Below, one piece after another: positions 58,390 to 64,000 of a DNA stretch of 64,000 nucleotides (positions within the stretch are counted from its first letter, which is position 1; the number at the start of each line of letters is the position of its first letter). Source of the stretch: an uncultured Bacillota bacterium (GTDB taxonomy: Bacteria; Bacillota; Dethiobacteria; DTU022; UBA8154). Where the stretch lies: contig CALJJZ010000002.1 of the NCBI GenBank assembly GCA_937973635.1, positions 7,550 through 71,549 of the forward strand. Reading direction: 5' to 3'. Both the position numbers and the translations under genes were made by a program. The notes below the pieces were generated by a model that worked only from the letters and a program-made list of their open reading frames with translations, ran no database searches and was not told the origin of the DNA.

Positions 58390-59661
58390 ATGGGGCAAAC
58401 TATGGCCGAAAAACTGCTGGCCCGGGCTGCCGGCAAGAAAGAAGTTGCACCCGGGGAGCTGATCAACGCAAAAATAGACCTGGCCCTGGGAAATGATATT
58501 ACGGCGCCGGTGGCAATTAAAGAATTTGCCCGTATCGGCGTGGAAAAGGTTTTTGACCCGGAGCGGATCGCCCTCATCCCCGACCACTTTACGCCCAACA
58601 AAGATATCGCGGCGGCTGAACAGGTAAAACTGATGCGAGAGTTTGCCCGCCGCTATGGTATTGTTCACTATTACGAGGTGGGCCGCATGGGCGTGGAACA
58701 CGCCCTTTTGCCCGAGCTGGGCCTGGTGCTGCCGGGAGAGGTGATTATCGGCGCCGATTCCCATACCTGCACCTACGGCGCCCTGGGGGCCTTTGCCACG
58801 GGGGTAGGCAGCACGGACCTGGCGGCGGCCATGGCCACAGGCGAGCTGTGGTTTAAAGTACCGCCCACCATCCGCCTTGTTTTTACAGGAGAGCTACCGC
58901 CTCTGCTAGGCGGCAAAGACCTGATCCTTTATGCCATCGGCCGGCTGGGCGTGGACGGGGCCCGTTACGCCGCCCTGGAATTTACAGGGCCGGCCATTTT
59001 AGCCCTGGAGATGGACGGCCGTTTTACCATGAGCAATATGGCTATTGAAGCCGGAGCCAAAGCGGGGCTTATCGCCCCCGACGCCAAAACCGAGGCGTAT
59101 TTGCAAGGGCGGGCGCGGCGGCCCTATACTGTCCTCAGGGGTGATGCCGATGCCCCGGTGCTGGCGGAGCACTACATCGACGTGAGCACCCTGGAACCAC
59201 AGGTGGCGGCCCCCTTCAGCCCGGCCAATGTCCACCCCGTTTCCAGCCTGGCCGGTACAGTCCTAGACCAGGTTGTGATCGGTTCCTGCACCAACGGGCG
59301 CCTGGACGACCTGCGCGAGGCGGCGGCCATCTTAAAGGGGCGCCGCGTCCATCCCCGCGTGCGGCTGCTCGTCATCCCCGCGACCCAGGCCGTTTACCGG
59401 CAAGCCCTGAAGGAGGGCCTGCTGGAGATTTTTATTGCTGCCGAGGCGGCGGTAAGCACTCCCACCTGCGGGCCTTGCCTGGGCGGGCATATGGGCATCC
59501 TGGCGGAGGGGGAAGTGGCCCTGGCCACCACAAACCGGAATTTTGTAGGGCGCATGGGCCATCCCGGCAGCAAGGTATACCTTTCCAACCCTGCTGTGGC
59601 TGCGGCATCGGCCGTGGCGGGGGCAATCATACACCCCAAAGAACTAGGGGAGGTGAAATAA
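58390..59661 (+). CDS. leuC: 3-isopropylmalate dehydratase large subunit (LeuC group 2 / HacA-DmdA-like)
   Basis: GNDITAP, PDHF, GADSHTC, IGSCTNGR, CGPCLG and TTNRNF. Confidence 0.88.
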   Translation: MGQTMAEKLLARAAGKKEVAPGELINAKIDLALGNDITAPVAIKEFARIGVEKVFDPERIALIPDHFTPNKDIAAAEQVKLMREFARRYGIVHYYEVGRMGVEHALLPELGLVLPGEVIIGADSHTCTYGALGAFATGVGSTDLAAAMATGELWFKVPPTIRLVFTGELPPLLGGKDLILYAIGRLGVDGARYAALEFTGPAILALEMDGRFTMSNMAIEAGAKAGLIAPDAKTEAYLQGRARRPYTVLRGDADAPVLAEHYIDVSTLEPQVAAPFSPANVHPVSSLAGTVLDQVVIGSCTNGRLDDLREAAAILKGRRVHPRVRLLVIPATQAVYRQALKEGLLEIFIAAEAAVSTPTCGPCLGGHMGILAEGEVALATTNRNFVGRMGHPGSKVYLSNPAVAAASAVAGAIIHPKELGEVK

Positions 59662-60162
59662 ATGGCCGTTTTTTCGGGCAAAATATGGAAGTTCGGCGAC
59701 GACGTGGATACAGACGCCATCATCCCTGCCCGTTACCTGAATACCAGCGACCCGGCGGAGCTGGCCCGGCACTGTATGGAAGATGCGGATCCCACCTTCA
59801 GCGCAAAGCTTTCTCCCGGGGATATCATCGTCGCCGGGAAAAATTTTGGCTGCGGCAGCTCTCGGGAGCACGCCCCCATCGCCATTAAGGCGGCGGGGAT
59901 CGCCTGCGTCATTGCCGAGAGCTTCGCCCGTATCTTCTACCGCAACGCCATTAATATCGGCCTGCCCATCCTGGAAGCGGCAGAGGCGAGCCGCTGCCTG
60001 GCTGAAGGAGACAGGGTGGAGGTGGACCTGGAAAAAGGGGAGATCCGGCACCTGGAAAAGGGCGAAGTGTACCGGGCCGTGCCCTTCCCTCCCTTTATGC
60101 AGGAGCTCATCGCCGCCGGCGGGCTGATTAATTATGTGCGCCAAAAAGTAAAGGCAACTTAA
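59662..60162 (+). CDS. leuD: 3-isopropylmalate dehydratase small subunit
   Basis: [24 protein letters not shown] and [13 protein letters not shown]. Confidence 0.88.
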   Translation: MAVFSGKIWKFGDDVDTDAIIPARYLNTSDPAELARHCMEDADPTFSAKLSPGDIIVAGKNFGCGSSREHAPIAIKAAGIACVIAESFARIFYRNAINIGLPILEAAEASRCLAEGDRVEVDLEKGEIRHLEKGEVYRAVPFPPFMQELIAAGGLINYVRQKVKAT

Positions 60163-60269
60163 CTATTTTATGTTAAAATAAAGCGTTAACCATGATCCTG
60201 GATTTTATGTATATTTTATGTAGCTTTAGCGTACCTTTAAACCTTTAAAAGGTTGCAGGAGGTGAGAAC

Positions 60270-60407
60270 ATGTCCGTCTGGCAATGTCCCGTCTGCGGCT
60301 TTGAAAAAGAAGCCCGCTGCAAGCCCCAGAAATGCCCCCAGTGCGACGATAAAAGGAATTTCCAGAAAAGAGCGGGAGAAGAGAAAAAACAAAAGCCTTC
60401 CCCCTGA
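60270..60407 (+). CDS. RCKP-type rubredoxin-like small protein (not in ORF track)
   Basis: Translated by hand: MSVWQCPVCGFEKEARCKPQKCPQCDDKRNFQK..., 45 aa; SD GGAGG lies 7 nt upstream. Confidence 0.85.
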   Translation: MSVWQCPVCGFEKEARCKPQKCPQCDDKRNFQKRAGEEKKQKPSP

Positions 60408-60580
60408 AAAGCTCAAGGTTTTGTCCCGGGGCGCAGTCTCATCCCCGGCGCCCGGAAAGTTGAAGCTGACGAAGACGAGGGAAAAAAGCGGTTACCGGGT
60501 TTTGCGGCGTACCGGTTCCCGGTTTTCCGACTTTTAACTAAGGAGGTGCACGCCTGGCCCGTCCCACGGGAGGCCAGGCC

Positions 60581-62674
60581 ATGATGAAAGCTTACGCTAC
60601 AGAAAAGATACGCAATGTTGCGCTCATCTCGCATGGGGGGGCGGGGAAAACATCCCTGGCCGAAGCGCTCCTTTTTACTGCGGGGGCGATTAACCGCCTG
60701 GGCAAGGTGGAAGCGGGCAACACCACCACTGATTTTGATGCCGACGAGATCAAGCGGCAGATTACCATCAGTACGTCTCTGGCCCCCCTGGAGTGGAAAG
60801 AGACCAAGATCAACCTCATGGATACGCCCGGCTATTTTGACTTTATCGGGGAGGTGCTCTCCGCCCTGCGTGTGGCCGACAGCGCCGTGGTTACCGTCTG
60901 CGCCGTCTCCGGCGTAGAGGTGGGGACGGAGAAGGTATGGAGCTACGCCGACCAGTTCAGCCTACCCCGCCTGGTTTTTATTAACAAGATGAACAGGGAA
61001 AACGCTAATTTCAGCGCCGTGATGGAGCAGCTGCGCCAGTTTTTCGGGCTCCACGTCTTCCCCTTGCAAATACCCATCGGCCAGGAAGATTCTTTCCGCG
61101 GCGTGGTGGACCTGGTGAAGATGAAAGCCATGCTCTTCCAGGAGGACGGCCTTAGCTTTAAAGAGGCGGAGATCCCCGACGAGCTCCTTGAGCGGGCTAC
61201 GGAATTGCGGGAGCAGCTGGTGGAAGCGGCTGCCGAAGCCGACGACGCGCTCATGGAGAAATACCTGGAAGAGGAAACCTTGAGCGAAACGGAAATCCAG
61301 ACGGCCCTGCGCAGGGGCACCTTGGAGGGGAAAATTGTGCCTGTGCTCTGCGGCGCGGCTACCTTAAACATAGGTATGCAGCCCCTCCTCGACCTCATGG
61401 CCACAGCCCTGCCTTCGCCGGCAGACCGTCCCGCTGCTGTGGGTCTTCTTCCCGGCAAGGAAGGGGAAACCACGGAGAGGAAAGCCGCGGTGGAGGAACC
61501 TTTCTCTGCCCTTGTGTTTAAAACCCAGGCGGACCCCTATGTGGGGCGGATCAACTATATGCGCGTCTATTCCGGCCTGCTCAACGCCGATTCCCAGGTT
61601 TACAACGTGAACAAGGATAAAATGGAGCGCATTGGCAACCTTTTCTATATGCGCGGCAAAACCCAGCTTTTAACGTCCCAGCTCGTTGCCGGGGATATCG
61701 GCGCCGTGGCGAAACTGGCCGTGACCGGAACAGGCGATACCCTGGCGGATAAAAACCATCCGCTCCTTTACCCGGCAGTGGAGTTTCCTTCCCCGGTGAT
61801 CTCCTTCTCCCTGGAGCCCAAAACACGGGGGGACGAAGATAAAGTGAGCGCCGGCCTGGCCCGTTTTATTGAAGAGGATCCCACCTTCCGTGTGGAGCGC
61901 AATACGGAGACAAAACAGCTCATCGCTTCAGGCATGGGCGATATGCACCTCGACGTGATTGTGGAGCGGCTGGCCAAGAAATTTGGCGTGGAAGTAACCC
62001 TCAAGACGCCCCGTGTCCCTTACAAGGAGACGATCCGCCGCGGTGCCAAAAAAGAAGGGAAGTACAAGAAACAAAGCGGCGGCCGCGGCCAGTACGGCCA
62101 TGTCTTCCTCGAAGTCAACCCCCTGCCCCGGGGCGAAGGCTTTGTCTTTGAAGATAAGATTGTGGGCGGCGTGGTGCCCCGGCAATATATACCGGCCACG
62201 GAAAAAGGAGTTGTGGAAGCCATGGAAGAAGGCTCCCTGGCCGGCTATCCCATGGTGGATATGCGTGTGACCCTTTACGACGGTTCCTACCACACTGTGG
62301 ACTCCTCGGAGATGGCCTTTAAGATCGCGGCGGCTATGGCCCTGCGGGGCGCGGTGGAGCAAGCCGACCCGATCCTGCTGGAGCCGATTATGAACGTGGA
62401 GGTTACGGTACCAGAGAACTACATGGGCGATATCATGGGCGACCTGAACAGCCGTCGCGGCCGGATCCAGGGCATGGTCCCCGGACAGGGCCTGCAGACC
62501 ATTAAAGCCCAGGTCCCCATGGCCGAGATGTTCAACTACGCCATTGACCTGCGCTCCATGACCCAGGGGCGGGCCTTTTTCAGCATGACCTTCTCCCACT
62601 ATGAAGAGATGCCCCACCAGGAGATGGAAAAAGTGATCGCTGCGGCCAAAGCGGAGAAAAAAGAAGAAAAATAA
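60581..62674 (+). CDS. fusA2: Elongation factor G-like protein (EF-G2 type)
   Basis: SHGGAGKTSL, KRQITI (not RGITI), DTPG, NKMN, YKKQSGGRGQYG and MTQGRA; not in the str operon. Confidence 0.88.
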   Translation: MMKAYATEKIRNVALISHGGAGKTSLAEALLFTAGAINRLGKVEAGNTTTDFDADEIKRQITISTSLAPLEWKETKINLMDTPGYFDFIGEVLSALRVADSAVVTVCAVSGVEVGTEKVWSYADQFSLPRLVFINKMNRENANFSAVMEQLRQFFGLHVFPLQIPIGQEDSFRGVVDLVKMKAMLFQEDGLSFKEAEIPDELLERATELREQLVEAAAEADDALMEKYLEEETLSETEIQTALRRGTLEGKIVPVLCGAATLNIGMQPLLDLMATALPSPADRPAAVGLLPGKEGETTERKAAVEEPFSALVFKTQADPYVGRINYMRVYSGLLNADSQVYNVNKDKMERIGNLFYMRGKTQLLTSQLVAGDIGAVAKLAVTGTGDTLADKNHPLLYPAVEFPSPVISFSLEPKTRGDEDKVSAGLARFIEEDPTFRVERNTETKQLIASGMGDMHLDVIVERLAKKFGVEVTLKTPRVPYKETIRRGAKKEGKYKKQSGGRGQYGHVFLEVNPLPRGEGFVFEDKIVGGVVPRQYIPATEKGVVEAMEEGSLAGYPMVDMRVTLYDGSYHTVDSSEMAFKIAAAMALRGAVEQADPILLEPIMNVEVTVPENYMGDIMGDLNSRRGRIQGMVPGQGLQTIKAQVPMAEMFNYAIDLRSMTQGRAFFSMTFSHYEEMPHQEMEKVIAAAKAEKKEEK

Positions 62675-62806
62675 CAGGCCCGGCCTAAAAGATTTCCTTT
62701 GCGCATAGAAATAAAATAAGGCAACAAAAACAAAACAAAACAAAGCAAAAAGCGAGCACTGCAGGTAGATCCGGCAGGCTGACCCTGGTGAAGGAGTGGG
62801 AAAGCA

Positions 62807-63946
62807 TTGCAGCATCAGCCCGACAAGCTCAACGTGGCTGTATTTTTTGGCGGGCGTTCAGCCGAACACGACGTCTCCCTTGTCTCCGCCGCGGCGGTGA
62901 TGGGTGCCCTGGACCGCGACAAATACCGGGTTATCCCTGTGGGTATTACCAGGGAAGGGCGCTGGCTGGCCGGCGGCGACCCCCTCGAAGCCCTGCGCTC
63001 CGGCAGGATCCCGGGGGACTGCAGCACTGCGACTATCCTGGCCGACCCCCTTGAGCCCGGCCTGCTTCTCCTGCAGGGGACAAAGGGGCGCTACAGGGGG
63101 GATTTTATCCCTGTGGACGTCGTTTTCCCCGTACTGCACGGCCCCTTTGGCGAAGATGGGACGCTGCAGGGGCTGCTGGAGCTAGCGGGCCTGCCCTATG
63201 TGGGCGCCGGCGTCCTCGGTTCGGCGGCCTCCATGGATAAAGTGATCATGAAAATCCTTTTCCGGCAGCACGGTCTGCCGGTGGGGGATTTTCTTTCTTT
63301 CTCCGCCGGCGCCTGGGCAAAGGATGCTCCCGCTTTATGCCGGCGCATCGAAGCAGAACTGGGCTACCCCTGTTTTGTCAAACCGGCCAACATGGGCTCC
63401 AGTGTCGGCATCAGCAAAGCCCGGAACCGGCAGGAGCTCATTGCCGGCGTAAACGAGGCCCTGCGTTATGATCGCAAAGTGCTGGCCGAGGCCTTTATCC
63501 CCGGTCGGGAGGTGGAACTAAGCGTGCTGGGCGACGAGGAAGAAGCGGTGGCCTCGCCCCCGGGGGAAATTATTCCCTGTAATGAATTTTACGACTACCA
63601 GGCCAAGTACCATGACCCCCGTTCACGCCTTTTAATCCCCGCGCCGCTGCCCCGACGGGTGACGCTGCGGCTGCAGGAGCTGGCCGTCAGGGCCTTTCAC
63701 GCCGTGGAATGCTGCGGTATGGGGCGTGTGGACCTCTTTTACCAGGAAGAGACGGAGACGATTTTCTTAAACGAGATTAATACCATTCCTGGCTTTACCA
63801 GCATCAGCATGTACCCCAAGCTCTGGGAGGCGGGGGGGCTCCCCTTCCCCGGCCTCCTGGACCGGCTGATCTCCCTGGCCCGGGAAAGGGGAGCCAGGCG
63901 GCGGAGCCTGAGCCTGGATCCTGGTTGCCGGCAGGGGGCAGATTAA
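62807..63946 (+). CDS. ddl: D-alanine--D-alanine ligase
   Basis: GGRSAEHDVS, LHGPFGEDG, KPANMGSSVG, FYDYQAKY and NEINTIPG. Confidence 0.95.
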   Translation: MQHQPDKLNVAVFFGGRSAEHDVSLVSAAAVMGALDRDKYRVIPVGITREGRWLAGGDPLEALRSGRIPGDCSTATILADPLEPGLLLLQGTKGRYRGDFIPVDVVFPVLHGPFGEDGTLQGLLELAGLPYVGAGVLGSAASMDKVIMKILFRQHGLPVGDFLSFSAGAWAKDAPALCRRIEAELGYPCFVKPANMGSSVGISKARNRQELIAGVNEALRYDRKVLAEAFIPGREVELSVLGDEEEAVASPPGEIIPCNEFYDYQAKYHDPRSRLLIPAPLPRRVTLRLQELAVRAFHAVECCGMGRVDLFYQEETETIFLNEINTIPGFTSISMYPKLWEAGGLPFPGLLDRLISLARERGARRRSLSLDPGCRQGAD

Positions 63947-64000
63947 TATTTTTATTTTCCCTTAGATCAGTTATAATAAAGGGCATAAAGTTGATTGAGC

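Noticed and set aside
60405-60584. Selenocysteine read-through of the RCKP TGA (the frame stays open for 58 codons up to the fusA2 ATGA)
   Set aside because: The TGA is not at a Cys-equivalent position, the extension does not look protein-like, and an open stretch of this length is unremarkable at this GC content.

Overview
This is the replication-origin region of a GC-rich, probably spore-forming Bacillota (clostridia-like) chromosome; yyaC, lonC, noc, remB and sigH-type promoters point to this. Genes left of dnaA run on the minus strand and genes from dnaA rightward run on the plus strand; yyaC is the only head-on gene. Left arm, reading outward from oriC: rpmH-rnpA-yidD-yidC-jag, mnmE-rsmG (no mnmG), noc, soj-spo0J-parS, M23-bactofilin, yyaC, adk, DUF951, AI-2E, rpsF-ssb-rpsR, rplI-lonC-dnaB-FAD oxidoreductase-purA, LysM/G5/M23, flavodoxin, walR-walK-yycH-yycI-murA, His-phosphatase-htrA-metalloenzyme-M23-acyl-CoA ligase-rlmH, lipoprotein, MBL hydrolase, pdaD-speE-speB. 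Right arm: dnaA-dnaN-recF-DUF721-remB-gyrB-gyrA, a degenerate membrane-anchored flavoprotein, a stand-alone carboxyltransferase, T-box-ilvE-ilvD-ilvB-ilvN-leuC-leuD, an RCKP rubredoxin-like peptide, fusA2 and ddl. I saw no rRNA, tRNA, CRISPR array, transposase or integrase. The most interesting signals are non-coding. (1) At ilvE and fusA2 a strong SD is separated from the ATG by a ~30-nt hairpin; ilvE also has a competing anti-SD fold. (2) Four phased WalR half-sites lie in front of walR itself. (3) A perfect parS is embedded in a 34-bp palindrome that resembles the spo0J terminator. (4) A perfect Noc-binding site follows murA. (5) Four sigH-type promoters are present. (6) rlmH appears to start at AUU. 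All calls come from reading the sequence by eye; no searches or folding programs were run.
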